From assembly GCA_910576995.1 (NCBI GenBank), contig CAJTLC010000009.1, positions 33,712 through 97,711 on the forward strand: a stretch of 64,000 nucleotides of DNA, read 5' to 3'. Below the pieces are notes generated by a model. The model worked only from the letters and a program-made list of their open reading frames with translations. It ran no database searches and was not told where the DNA came from. A program made the translations under genes and the position numbers. Each line of letters opens with the position of its first letter. Position 1 is the stretch's first letter. This DNA comes from an uncultured Ruminococcus sp. (lineage in GTDB: Bacteria > Bacillota > Clostridia > Oscillospirales > Ruminococcaceae). Below, one piece after another: positions 38,328 through 48,246 of this stretch.

Positions 38328-38410
38328 CTCCCTCTTTAATCGTAATATTCGGCATAAAGCTTGCCTATTACGGTTTCCCGCAGCTTAGCCGTTCACGATT
38401 ACACAATATT

Positions 38411-38439
38411 ATTATACCAATTTATACAAACAATGTCAA
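38411..38439 (-). promoter_or_regulatory. SigA promoter of the dockerin metallopeptidase
   Basis: Minus-strand TTGACA-17-TATAAT. Confidence 0.75.
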
Positions 38440-38750
38440 TGATTTTTTTACAATTCTGATAATATATATAGTCGTCCTAATATTATGCGCAGTTTCATAA
38501 AATTTCTTTAATTTCAGACAGGTTCTCATAATTGACAAAACCCATTAAAATCCAGTCAAATTACCGCACAAAACCGACAACATGGCAGAATCGTATTGAC
38601 TTCATCCCAAAAATGGTTATAATAAAAGCATAAAGTAAATCACAGGCAAACTTATTGAAAGATAAGAACCTCTCCACATATAAATTTTATGCAAAGTTTA
38701 CAAGCCAAGGCAAAATAAGAATTGCATAAAATCAGAAAGGAACAACTATT

Positions 38751-41700
38751 ATGAAAGATATGATGAAGAAAAACGGTTTTAAAAGGACGACAGCTTTTTT
38801 AATGGCATTATCTATGGTATGCAGTTTCCCACAGGTAATAAATGCAAGCGCCTCATTTTCTGATACAAGTTCAGATCATATAATGGAAAGAACTTATACA
38901 GATCAAAAAGATGCAGGCGATCCAACGGAAAATATTGCGATAGGAAGAATTGAAATATCACTCAGGTCTTATATAGATCTCGAAAATGACGTTGAATATA
39001 CTGCAAAACTGACCGATTCCAACGGCGCAGTTCAAACGTCAGTTCTCATCAGCGACAGTTCAAACGAAACAAAGAGCGCAGTTTTTAAGAATCTTGCGGA
39101 CGGCGAATATATTGTCGAAGTCAGCGCTCCCGGATTTGCAGCTTTCCGTCAGAATATCACGGTCGCACAGAAAATGTACACGATAAATCTTACGGCAGGT
39201 TTCTGCAACGGCTATACATACGTTGACGGTGGAATTCACCCAGGCGTCCTCATGATAGGCGACGTAAACGGCGACGGTAAAGTTGACGACGCCGACAAGA
39301 TCATTTTAGTAGACACTATAGACGAAAGTTCTGTAGATAAAGAGTATCAGCCAGAACTTAATTATATAACCGATCTGAATAATGATAATATGACAAATCT
39401 GATTGATCTGACATACTTGTCAAAAAGCTATAAGATCGGCGATAAAAACACGGCTGCTCATATCGAAGAAAGCGTTTCACCCGAAGCGGTCGTTCCTGAA
39501 ATTGCAGAAGATACGGCTGTTACGGAAGGTTCGGTTGAAGAAATGCTGAACGGCGAGGGTTCTGTAACGCTTACTCCTGCCGGCGGCGGTGAAATTACAA
39601 AAGATAACCCCGTAAGCATTGGTTTCAATCTGGAAGAAGGCGACACTGTTGTTGACGGTATCACTTTTGATACAAGCGCTGAAAATCCGGTTTCGCAGGC
39701 TACTATCGACGTAAACTATATCGATGAAAACGGAAACGACGCCTCGGTTACCATTCCTTACATAGACGGTATACATCATATTCTTGCGGAAAGCGAAGTA
39801 TACGCCGAAATCGACGAAAATGGCAAACTTCACGTTCATTTCGGCGCTCAGGTCGCTGTTAAGAAAGTTACCTTGACTATCATGGGAATGCAGAAAAACA
39901 CCAATCTCGCCGAGATAAGCAAAGTTGAATTTGTAAACGGAATGGAAAGCAGAATTCCCGAACCCGAAATGGACATACCAGAAAACCTGAAAGCAACGGC
40001 AGGCAGCGAGCAGTTCACAGTCCGTTGGGATCCTTGTCTTAACGTTAAAGGTTATCAGGTACAGATCGAACAGGGCGGAAACAGCCAGATAATTGATACC
40101 ATAACAAATTCGATCACAGTAACTTCGTTCAACGGAGGCGACATTAAAAACTATACTACTTATAAGGTAAGCGTACAATCAGTAAACGGTACTTGGGCAA
40201 GCGGTTACTGCAATGCTGTAAACGTTACTCCAAAGCCAAATAAACGACCTGATAAACCCGATGGCGTTTCCGCAAGCGGAAAATATCTAAGCGTCGCCGT
40301 TAGCTGGAAGAAAATGGACGACACAAAATCATACAACGTTTACTACAAAGAAAGAAACAGCGACGAAGATTTTTCAAAGGCAGAGGGTATCACTAACAAC
40401 AGCTTTTTGATCCCCGATCTTAAGAATCTTACTGAATATGAAATCTATGTAACAGGCGTTAATGAACTTGGCGAAAGCCCGCAGTCCATTCATTGCTCGG
40501 CAACTACAATTGATCCAAAATCCGCAGAAGTACCGAAATACAATATGATAAACCGCGACGAAAACGGCATTCCCGGAAAATCCCATATTGTTTCAGTCAC
40601 AAGAAACGGCGGTGAAATGATAGAAAGCGAATCAGACGCTGATCTCGAAAATACAGCATGGGGCGCAGTCGACAACGATCCTGCTTCTTACTACAAAAAA
40701 ACGACGTGGGACGACGGCGGTTTCAATAATTTAGGCAGAAACGGTTTAACATATACATTTGACGACGCATATAAAATTGATACGATCATTATGACAGCCA
40801 CTGACGGTATGCAATATTCATACATTCATGCAAAATGGTGGGATATAGACGGTAAAGAATCAAGCGTCAACGCTTATTGTCAGCAGGCAAAAGATTCAAA
40901 AGGCAATATATATCATGTAATCAAACTTGCCCAGCCTGTTGAAGCAAAAAAGATACAGATCGGATGCGCCCGTTATCTTGCGGGAGGCTCTTATAATCTT
41001 ATTACAATTTCCGATACTTACTTCTATCATTACGACGACCTCAGGGACGTTGTAATGGGATTATATGCCGACGATCTTCACACAAGTCTCAAACCGGACG
41101 TAACTCAGCAGACTATTGACGATATCCGCGAAAAGATAAACACCCCCGATGAATTCGGAATTGAAAATCCCGATAAAGAAGTTTGGCTGCGCGAACTTGA
41201 AACGGCAGAAAAAATTCTGAACGATGAATCGCTAAACAGCGCCGTTGAAGTTCATGCAGGCATAACAAGCAAGGATACGGGACGCGGCTTTTCAGGTCTT
41301 AACGCATGGCAGCCTCTTGGCGTTACAGCGGCAGCAGGAGAAACGGTAACTATCTACGTTGGAAATCCCAACAAAAAAACAGGCGATTCTACCGATCTCC
41401 GTCTTATCTCTACTCAGTACCATTCAGAATCAGGCGGCGTTACAACAGCGGGCGCAAACTTAAAAATCGGCGCAAACGAGATCAAAATACCCGATGGCAG
41501 CACAGTCGGATTTGAATCCGGCGGCGCACTGTATGTTCAGTATCAGGGCAATAATTCAAACGACAGATACTCCGTACGCGTAAGCGGCGGCGCAGAAGTA
41601 CCTACTCTTGATCTGTACAAAGTTACAGATGAAAACGAACGTATGGAACGCGCAGTTGAATTCGTAAAAGAACTTGACGAATACGTTCCCGCAATGGAGT

Positions 41701-43958
41701 CGCTCCATAATGAGATTCATAAGGATTCCGAAAACATAAACGTTGATATGCCATACGATCGTCAGAACTGTATTCTTGGCGCTTCCGATATAATGCTTGA
41801 TACAATGATGTTCTCTATACCGGCGCAGCAGATGCTCGCAGGCATAGGAACAGGCAGCGTTGAAGAACGTGCAGGAAAAATGCTTGATTCAATGCAGGCA
41901 ATGGAAGATATGATGTATCTCTTCTATCAGCATAAGGGACTTAACGCTTCCGCTCCCAACGATCTTAACAGAATTCCAAAGGGTCATCTCAATATCCGCT
42001 ATCAGCGTATGTTCTCAGGCGCATTTATGTATGCGGCAGGCAATCACATCGGTATCGAATGGGGTTCAACACCCGGCATGATGAACAGCGTTCCCGTTGA
42101 AGCGGATGAAAACGGAAAATATATCGGCGGTCGCTACTTTGGCTGGGGAATAGCTCATGAGATCGGTCATAACATAAATCAGGGCAGCTACGCCGTAGCC
42201 GAGATCACCAACAACTATTTCGCAGTTCTCGCTCAGGCAAAGGATACCAACGACAGCGTTCGTTTCCAATACAGAAACGTCTATGATAAGGTAACTTCCG
42301 GCACAAGAGGAAACGCTTCAAACGTATTTACTCAGCTTGGTATGTACTGGCAGCTGCATCTTGCTTATGACAGCGGTCTGAATTACAAAACTTACTCCGA
42401 CTACAATGAACAGCTCGAGAATCTTTTCTTCGCAAGAGTTGATACTTACGCAAGAAATACGAAAGCCGCTCCTGCTCCTAACGGCATAATGCTCACTCTT
42501 AACGGCAATACCGATCAAAACCTTATGAGACTTGCCTGCGCAGCGGCAAACAAAAACGTTCTCGAATTTTTCGAGCGCTGGGGAAAGACTCCTGACGCAG
42601 GAACTATCGCGTATGCCGAGCAGTTCGAAAAAGAGACGCGAGCAATATTCTTCGCAAACGACGATTCAAGAATTTACGCGTTAAACGGCAGCGGCAGCGT
42701 ACTCAACAGCGAGGGTACTGTTTCCGCAATAGACAACGTTTCTGTAAATATCGGCGACGCTCCCAATAAAGTAGATCTCAGATTCACTTCGAAAGATATT
42801 CCCGAAAGTGATATTCTTGGATATGAAATCATCCGCTGTACTATCGAGGGCGGCGAAGTGGAAGAAACTCCCGTAGGATTCTCAACAAGCGCAGAATTTA
42901 CCGATACCGTCTCAACTATGAACAACCGCACAGTATTCTACAAAGTTACTCTTATTGATCAGTACCTCAACCGCTCTGCTTCTTTCACAACTGAAGCTGC
43001 CAAGATCGAACACGACGGCAGCATGGATAAGACAAACTGGACTATCAGCACCATAGAACTGAAAGCAGACGCTGAAAAACCAGACTCCACTGACGAAATG
43101 CCATGCGAACAAACAGCTAAAAACCCTGCTTATCTGGCATTTGACAACGATCCCGATACTGTATTTACTTCTCAGATAACAGCAGGTTACGCTGATATCA
43201 CCATTGATTTGAATCAGACTCTTACAACATCCGGTATGAAAATCACCACAGGCAGCGACGATACTGATTTCTCCTATAAGATTTATGTGAAGAAACCCGA
43301 TGGTACATACTCCGGAAATGAAAATCCATATCAGTTGGTAGCCGAAGGCAGCTGCACAGGCGATAAGACAGTTTACTTTGCAAATGACGACAATAAATAC
43401 ATAAGCACATATTCTACATCTTCCATTAAATTCGTATTCTCCAAGCAGCAGAATAAAGTAGTTTCTATCGCAGAACTCGACGTGCTCGCTCCCACTGGCG
43501 ATAATGTTGATTTCCGCAGAACAGAGGACGAAAACATGACAGTCATCGGTACTCTTAGCGAAGATTACAAATACGGCGAAAACGACGGCGACGTAATTCC
43601 TAAGGATTCGCTGGTATTTACAGGCTCATATAAAGGAAATCCCGCTTACAATGTCGTTATGCTGTTTGACGGCGAGGGCAATATCGTCGGCGGAATCGAT
43701 GATGATAATAATCTTCTTTCGCAGCAGATAATTCTCGCAGACGTTCCCGACGAAGGAAATATCGCAAACGTATCGGACGGAACATGGATCTACTGGATCG
43801 AACCCGATCAAATGACAAATATGGAAATGCCCGAAACTGTACGCGTTGAACTGTACAGAGTAAACAACGCTCAGACTAACGAGGGACAGCGTCTGGTAAG
43901 CGATTCGCTGTTTGAAGAAGTACCGGATACACTCCCCGACATTACTTTCGGAAAATAA
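38751..43958 (+). CDS. M60-family metallopeptidase (glycopeptidase/mucinase-like) with N-terminal dockerin, FN3 and CBM32-like domains
   Basis: Signal peptide; GDVNGDG...DLNNDN dockerin; two FN3 repeats; WGIAHEIGH...EITNN M60 motif; AVDND/AFDND discoidin-like starts. Confidence 0.88.
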   Translation: MKDMMKKNGFKRTTAFLMALSMVCSFPQVINASASFSDTSSDHIMERTYTDQKDAGDPTENIAIGRIEISLRSYIDLENDVEYTAKLTDSNGAVQTSVLISDSSNETKSAVFKNLADGEYIVEVSAPGFAAFRQNITVAQKMYTINLTAGFCNGYTYVDGGIHPGVLMIGDVNGDGKVDDADKIILVDTIDESSVDKEYQPELNYITDLNNDNMTNLIDLTYLSKSYKIGDKNTAAHIEESVSPEAVVPEIAEDTAVTEGSVEEMLNGEGSVTLTPAGGGEITKDNPVSIGFNLEEGDTVVDGITFDTSAENPVSQATIDVNYIDENGNDASVTIPYIDGIHHILAESEVYAEIDENGKLHVHFGAQVAVKKVTLTIMGMQKNTNLAEISKVEFVNGMESRIPEPEMDIPENLKATAGSEQFTVRWDPCLNVKGYQVQIEQGGNSQIIDTITNSITVTSFNGGDIKNYTTYKVSVQSVNGTWASGYCNAVNVTPKPNKRPDKPDGVSASGKYLSVAVSWKKMDDTKSYNVYYKERNSDEDFSKAEGITNNSFLIPDLKNLTEYEIYVTGVNELGESPQSIHCSATTIDPKSAEVPKYNMINRDENGIPGKSHIVSVTRNGGEMIESESDADLENTAWGAVDNDPASYYKKTTWDDGGFNNLGRNGLTYTFDDAYKIDTIIMTATDGMQYSYIHAKWWDIDGKESSVNAYCQQAKDSKGNIYHVIKLAQPVEAKKIQIGCARYLAGGSYNLITISDTYFYHYDDLRDVVMGLYADDLHTSLKPDVTQQTIDDIREKINTPDEFGIENPDKEVWLRELETAEKILNDESLNSAVEVHAGITSKDTGRGFSGLNAWQPLGVTAAAGETVTIYVGNPNKKTGDSTDLRLISTQYHSESGGVTTAGANLKIGANEIKIPDGSTVGFESGGALYVQYQGNNSNDRYSVRVSGGAEVPTLDLYKVTDENERMERAVEFVKELDEYVPAMESLHNEIHKDSENINVDMPYDRQNCILGASDIMLDTMMFSIPAQQMLAGIGTGSVEERAGKMLDSMQAMEDMMYLFYQHKGLNASAPNDLNRIPKGHLNIRYQRMFSGAFMYAAGNHIGIEWGSTPGMMNSVPVEADENGKYIGGRYFGWGIAHEIGHNINQGSYAVAEITNNYFAVLAQAKDTNDSVRFQYRNVYDKVTSGTRGNASNVFTQLGMYWQLHLAYDSGLNYKTYSDYNEQLENLFFARVDTYARNTKAAPAPNGIMLTLNGNTDQNLMRLACAAANKNVLEFFERWGKTPDAGTIAYAEQFEKETRAIFFANDDSRIYALNGSGSVLNSEGTVSAIDNVSVNIGDAPNKVDLRFTSKDIPESDILGYEIIRCTIEGGEVEETPVGFSTSAEFTDTVSTMNNRTVFYKVTLIDQYLNRSASFTTEAAKIEHDGSMDKTNWTISTIELKADAEKPDSTDEMPCEQTAKNPAYLAFDNDPDTVFTSQITAGYADITIDLNQTLTTSGMKITTGSDDTDFSYKIYVKKPDGTYSGNENPYQLVAEGSCTGDKTVYFANDDNKYISTYSTSSIKFVFSKQQNKVVSIAELDVLAPTGDNVDFRRTEDENMTVIGTLSEDYKYGENDGDVIPKDSLVFTGSYKGNPAYNVVMLFDGEGNIVGGIDDDNNLLSQQIILADVPDEGNIANVSDGTWIYWIEPDQMTNMEMPETVRVELYRVNNAQTNEGQRLVSDSLFEEVPDTLPDITFGK

Positions 43959-43970
43959 AGGAGTAAAAAC

Positions 43971-45212
43971 ATGAAAAAGCAATTAATAAAATCTATGCTT
44001 ACTGCTCTGACATTCGGTATGCTTGTATCACTTAATGCGATCGCTGCCGAACCGGAGAACGAAGCCAAGTCAGACAGCAGGATCATAATAGGCGAGTCCA
44101 ATTATATATCGTTAACTTCCGAAAATGCAGAACAGAATGGAATTACTGCCCTTCAGTTAAGCCTGTTAGTTGAACCCGCTGCAGAAGCTGATGTTTCATT
44201 TGATTTCAATCAGGAAAACGAAGTCAAAGTTCATGATTTTCGTTATCACGAGAATTCAAAGGTTCTGAATATCTATATAGCTGATGAAAAGCCGATTTTT
44301 AACGACTCAAATTTGATGGACATAGGTTCGGTATCCGCAACGAATACTGATGGGAACAGCATTGATGTTGAAATAACTGTAATTGAAAATTCCTTAAAGT
44401 TTGTGTCCAAAAATATTTTAACCGACAAAGCATTCAGCGTTGAAGATACAAGAGATACTGAGCCGATCACAACAACAACCACAACTGAAACTACAACTAC
44501 AAAGCCGACTACTTCAACTACTACCACCACAACCGAGACTACGACTACAAAGCCGACCACTTCAACTACTATCACCACAACCGAAACTACGACTACAAAG
44601 CCGACCACTTCAACTACTACCACCACAACTGAAACTACGACTACAAAGCCGACTACTTCAACTACTACCACCACAACCGAAACTACGACTACTGAATCGG
44701 TTATAACAACTGAAACTACGATTACCGAGCCGGTTATCACGACTGAAACTACGACTACCGAGCCGGTTATCACGACTGAAACTACGACTACCGAGCCGGT
44801 TATCACGACTGAAGCTACAACTACCGAGCCGGTTATCACGACTGAAGCTACGACTACCGAGCCGGTTATCACGACTGAAGCTACAACTACCGAGCCGGTT
44901 ATCACGACTGAAGCTACAACTACCGAGCCGGTTATCACGACTGAAACTACGACTACTGAATCGATTACTACTACAACTACAAAATCAAATACAACAACCA
45001 CAATCGAAACTACAACTACTGAGTCTATTACCTCAACAACTACAACTGAAACTACTAATACCGAATGCACTACTACAACTACCTTACCACAGACCGGAAA
45101 CAATTCACTTAAAAATGTTTTTATCGCTATGGCTTCATTAATGCTTGTCGCATACGGAGTGTGCGCAGTGACGTTTTCCGGAATATTCCGCCACAAAAAA
45201 GATGAAAAATAA
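43971..45212 (+). CDS. LPXTG cell-wall-anchored protein with cohesin-like N-terminal domain and Thr-rich stalk
   Basis: Signal peptide; beta-rich domain of about 125 aa (ITALQLSL...LNIYI); Thr repeats; LPQTG, TM helix, basic tail. Confidence 0.75.
   Translation: MKKQLIKSMLTALTFGMLVSLNAIAAEPENEAKSDSRIIIGESNYISLTSENAEQNGITALQLSLLVEPAAEADVSFDFNQENEVKVHDFRYHENSKVLNIYIADEKPIFNDSNLMDIGSVSATNTDGNSIDVEITVIENSLKFVSKNILTDKAFSVEDTRDTEPITTTTTTETTTTKPTTSTTTTTTETTTTKPTTSTTITTTETTTTKPTTSTTTTTTETTTTKPTTSTTTTTTETTTTESVITTETTITEPVITTETTTTEPVITTETTTTEPVITTEATTTEPVITTEATTTEPVITTEATTTEPVITTEATTTEPVITTETTTTESITTTTTKSNTTTTIETTTTESITSTTTTETTNTECTTTTTLPQTGNNSLKNVFIAMASLMLVAYGVCAVTFSGIFRHKKDEK
44480..44965 (+). repeat. 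Intragenic tandem repeats: about 4 x 48 bp (KPTTSTTTTTTETTTT), then about 8 x 33 bp (EPVITTE[T/A]TTT)
   Basis: Direct reading of the DNA and protein. Confidence 0.9.
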
Positions 45213-45750
45213 ACCGTTAAAATTCAGCGTCATAAAAAATCATTCTAAAAAACAATGGATTCTGTTTATAACGGGAATCATTGCAATAATAATTGGTATA
45301 AGTGTCTTGGGATTTTTCGGTGCAAGAAAAATCTATCGTGAACTTCAGATGCAGAAAATGTTACATGAAAATGTTGTTATCGAAATACCGGACATAAAAA
45401 TAAAAGCTCCCGTTGCAGAGGGTATAGATAATAAGACGCTTTCAAAAACTACAGGTCATTTTCCCGGTACGGGAAACGTCGGTATAGGAAATTACTGCAT
45501 CGCAGGTCACAGCAGTATTATCTACAAGGAATATTTCAATAACTTAAAAAATATTGAAATTGGAATGGAAATCAATCTTTATGATTTAAATGATAAGAAG
45601 TATGTATATACTGTTGCAGAAAATTTTATTGTTGAACCAAATGAATCTTGGATACTAAATGATTTTGGCGATAATCGAATTACCTTGATCACGTGTACTG
45701 ACGACGGCAAGCAGCGTCAGGTGGTTGTTGGAATAATGAAACAGGAATAG
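45202..45750 (+). CDS. Sortase (class D-like)
   Basis: N-terminal TM helix, IAGH, TLITC, downstream Arg. Confidence 0.92.
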   Translation: MKNKPLKFSVIKNHSKKQWILFITGIIAIIIGISVLGFFGARKIYRELQMQKMLHENVVIEIPDIKIKAPVAEGIDNKTLSKTTGHFPGTGNVGIGNYCIAGHSSIIYKEYFNNLKNIEIGMEINLYDLNDKKYVYTVAENFIVEPNESWILNDFGDNRITLITCTDDGKQRQVVVGIMKQE

Positions 45751-45886
45751 ATACACTGATAAGATTGGAAACCATACGCCAATACCAAACAACGGAAGCG
45801 ACTAATAACACTTTCGGCTCTGCTTCCGGAGTTTAATAATCAAAACAAAGCCGCAGTTTTTCAGCTGCGGCTTGTTTATTTGTTAT

Positions 45887-46591
45887 TCAAACAAATTCAA
45901 AATCTTTTCCATTCAGTTTTACGATGTCGTCGTAAATCATGTACTGTCGCTTGCCGCAGTCCTTCCAGCGGTGATAATGCCCCGAAAACCATAATTTATA
46001 ATCCAGTTTTGCGCTTATCTCGTCAAAGTAGTCTGTGAGAATATTCCGCGGATATTCATTGCCGCGAAGATTCCGTGCCTGCTGCGAAGTCGGCAGCGAA
46101 TGCGTGATAACGATATCAACTTTATATTTTTCAGCCGCAAGCGAACGCCTGCCCCGTTCCATTTCTTCTTCCGACGGCAATTCTTCGTCCCATATGGATA
46201 TCCCCGGAGTACGGAATTCTTTATCATGGCTTTCCGCGCCGCCGAATGCAAATATTTTTTTGCCGTCTATCTTAAATACATATCCGCGGCAGAGACGATA
46301 AACATGATCGGTTATTTTCTGAATTTTACCGCCGTTCCAGTCTGTTTCGGGAAATTCGGAAAGCCTGCCGAAATTCTCATGATTGCCGTCTATCCATAAA
46401 GTCGTCCATGGTTTTTGTTCCAGCCAATCCCGCCAATAAAGTTCCATATTGGAAAAATTCCAAACCAGTCCGAAATCTCCGCATATTATAAGATAATCAC
46501 CGCGTGTGAGTTTTTTCTGCTCCGTAAAATTATTTGCGTTAAGCTTAGCTATATCATAATTGCCATGAAGATCTCCTGTTATATAAATCAT
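45887..46591 (-). CDS. Metallophosphoesterase
   Basis: GDLHG, CGDFG, DGNHE, GHYH; start MIYITG at 46591 after AAGGAG. Confidence 0.85.
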   Translation of the reverse strand: MIYITGDLHGNYDIAKLNANNFTEQKKLTRGDYLIICGDFGLVWNFSNMELYWRDWLEQKPWTTLWIDGNHENFGRLSEFPETDWNGGKIQKITDHVYRLCRGYVFKIDGKKIFAFGGAESHDKEFRTPGISIWDEELPSEEEMERGRRSLAAEKYKVDIVITHSLPTSQQARNLRGNEYPRNILTDYFDEISAKLDYKLWFSGHYHRWKDCGKRQYMIYDDIVKLNGKDFEFV

Positions 46592-46621
46592 TTGTCCTGT
46601 CTCCTTTTTATCTGTATATGA

Positions 46622-46782
46622 GAACTTGTGTTCATAGGAGAAGTTGCACGTCTTTTCGGCAAATTTTGCCGCTGACTGCGTCAAAAATTCTTGCAATACG
46701 ACAGTATTCCTGCGAATTTTTTCCTTATCACCGACAAAATTATGCTCGAAAATCCGCACATCTTCCCTATGAACACAAGTTC
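46622..46782. mobile_element. Family A element A5
   Basis: Perfect TIR GAACTTGTGTTCATAGG / CCTATGAACACAAGTTC; TGA on both flanks. Confidence 0.9.
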
Positions 46783-46881
46783 TGACAGATTTATTATATC
46801 ATAAGCCTGCGGATTATTCAATAGAAAAAGAAAATTTTTCATGACTTGCATTTTTTGGGGAAATGTGGTAAAATAAAATTA

Positions 46882-47226
46882 TTGCTCCCCCAACTAACTC
46901 TTGAAGATTTTATGTGCAGAACGGCTGTCGAAAGACAAGGAAGAAGGTTACAGGAATATGCGCATATTTCAAGGTTTTCTGACGAAGTATTTCAGCAGCC
47001 GGGAAAGCAGAAAATTCAAAAGTTAGAACCTGTCCACATAGAAATTGTGTGCGGGTTTTCGAGCATAATTTTGACGAGTGCAAGGAGAAAAATCGAAAGC
47101 ATACTGACGCGCCACGGGCGTTCCCTTCGGTCATATAGTGAGGTTTTTCAACGCAGCAATCGTCAAAATTTGCTGAAAATACGTGCAGAATTTCCTATGT
47201 TAACAGGTTCTTAATTGGGAGAGCAA
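46882..47226. mobile_element. Family C element with A6 inserted in its right TIR
   Basis: After removing A6 and one TTA, the ends are TTGCTCCCCCAACTAACTCTTGAA / TTCAAAAGTTAATTGGGAGAGCAA with TA flanks; core CAAGG...ACGAAG. Confidence 0.8.
47026..47210. mobile_element. Family A element A6 (long-core variant)
   Basis: TIR GAACCTGTCCACATAG / CTATGTTAACAGGTTC; TTA on both flanks. Confidence 0.9.
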
Positions 47227-47251
47227 TATTAATTATGAACGGAGGTAATAT

Positions 47252-48232
47252 ATGCTTAACGCCGATCTAAAGGAAATAAACTTCACGTCTGATCACGACG
47301 GACTGGAAATATCAGCCGTTGCAGCCGTTCCTGCCGAAAATATAAACGGCGTCGTACAGATAGTTCACGGCATGAGCGAATATAAAGAACGCTATTTTGA
47401 TTTTATGGATTATCTTGCAGGCGAGGGATTTATTACCGCAATACATGATAACCGCGGACACGGAAAAAGTATCTGCACTCCCGACGATATCGGTTTTACA
47501 TTCAAAAACGGCGGAGAGGGCATAATTGCAGATATAGCGCAGTTTAACGGCATTATCCGCAATATGTATCCAGACGTTCCCTGCTTCATGGCAGCCCACA
47601 GCATGGGCGCGCTGGCGGCACGGTGCTTTCTCAAAAAGCACGACGGCGAAATAAACGGTCTCGTCCTTATGGGAACTCCCTCATACAACAAATTTTCGGG
47701 GATAATCCGCTGTATGAACTCGGTTGTGGTCAGCGGCGAAAAAAGCCGTTTCCGCAGCAATAAAGTCTATGAAGCGGCAGAAAAGAAACTGGGGAAAAAT
47801 TTTGAAAACGTTCCCCATTCGTGGATATGCAGCAATAAGGAAACTGTCGAAAAATTCAACGCAGATCCCCTCTGTAATTTCAGATATACCCTGAACGGCT
47901 ATGAATGCCTGCTGCATCTGTTAAAAAAGGCTTACTCCAAATACGGCTGGGAAGTTAAAAATCCCGATCTGCCCATTCGTTTCATTTCGGGAAAGGACGA
48001 CCCCGTTATGATATCGGAAAAGAAGTTTTTCCGTTCAATTAAAACTCTCGAAAAAGTAGGATACGGAAGCATCTCTCATCGCCTTTTCGACGGAATGCGC
48101 CACGAAATTCTTAACGAGAAGAATAATACGGCAGTTTACAGGGATATAGCGAAAAGCCTGTTTTCATGGATAGACAGGATAAATTCTGCGGAATTTTCCA
48201 CTGAAGATCAGAATAGTACAGACCTGTTTTAG
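47252..48232 (+). CDS. Alpha/beta hydrolase (lysophospholipase-like)
   Basis: VHGMSE, DNRGHG, AHSMG nucleophile elbow, RHEILNE. Confidence 0.88.
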   Translation: MLNADLKEINFTSDHDGLEISAVAAVPAENINGVVQIVHGMSEYKERYFDFMDYLAGEGFITAIHDNRGHGKSICTPDDIGFTFKNGGEGIIADIAQFNGIIRNMYPDVPCFMAAHSMGALAARCFLKKHDGEINGLVLMGTPSYNKFSGIIRCMNSVVVSGEKSRFRSNKVYEAAEKKLGKNFENVPHSWICSNKETVEKFNADPLCNFRYTLNGYECLLHLLKKAYSKYGWEVKNPDLPIRFISGKDDPVMISEKKFFRSIKTLEKVGYGSISHRLFDGMRHEILNEKNNTAVYRDIAKSLFSWIDRINSAEFSTEDQNSTDLF

Positions 48233-48246
48233 GAAAGGATAAAAAC

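Noticed and set aside
44273..45196. 307-aa Val-rich minus-strand ORF
   Set aside because: Reverse complement of the Thr codon repeats.
46592..46759. N-terminal extension of the metallophosphoesterase ORF
   Set aside because: It is read through element A5; the real start is at 46591 after AAGGAG.
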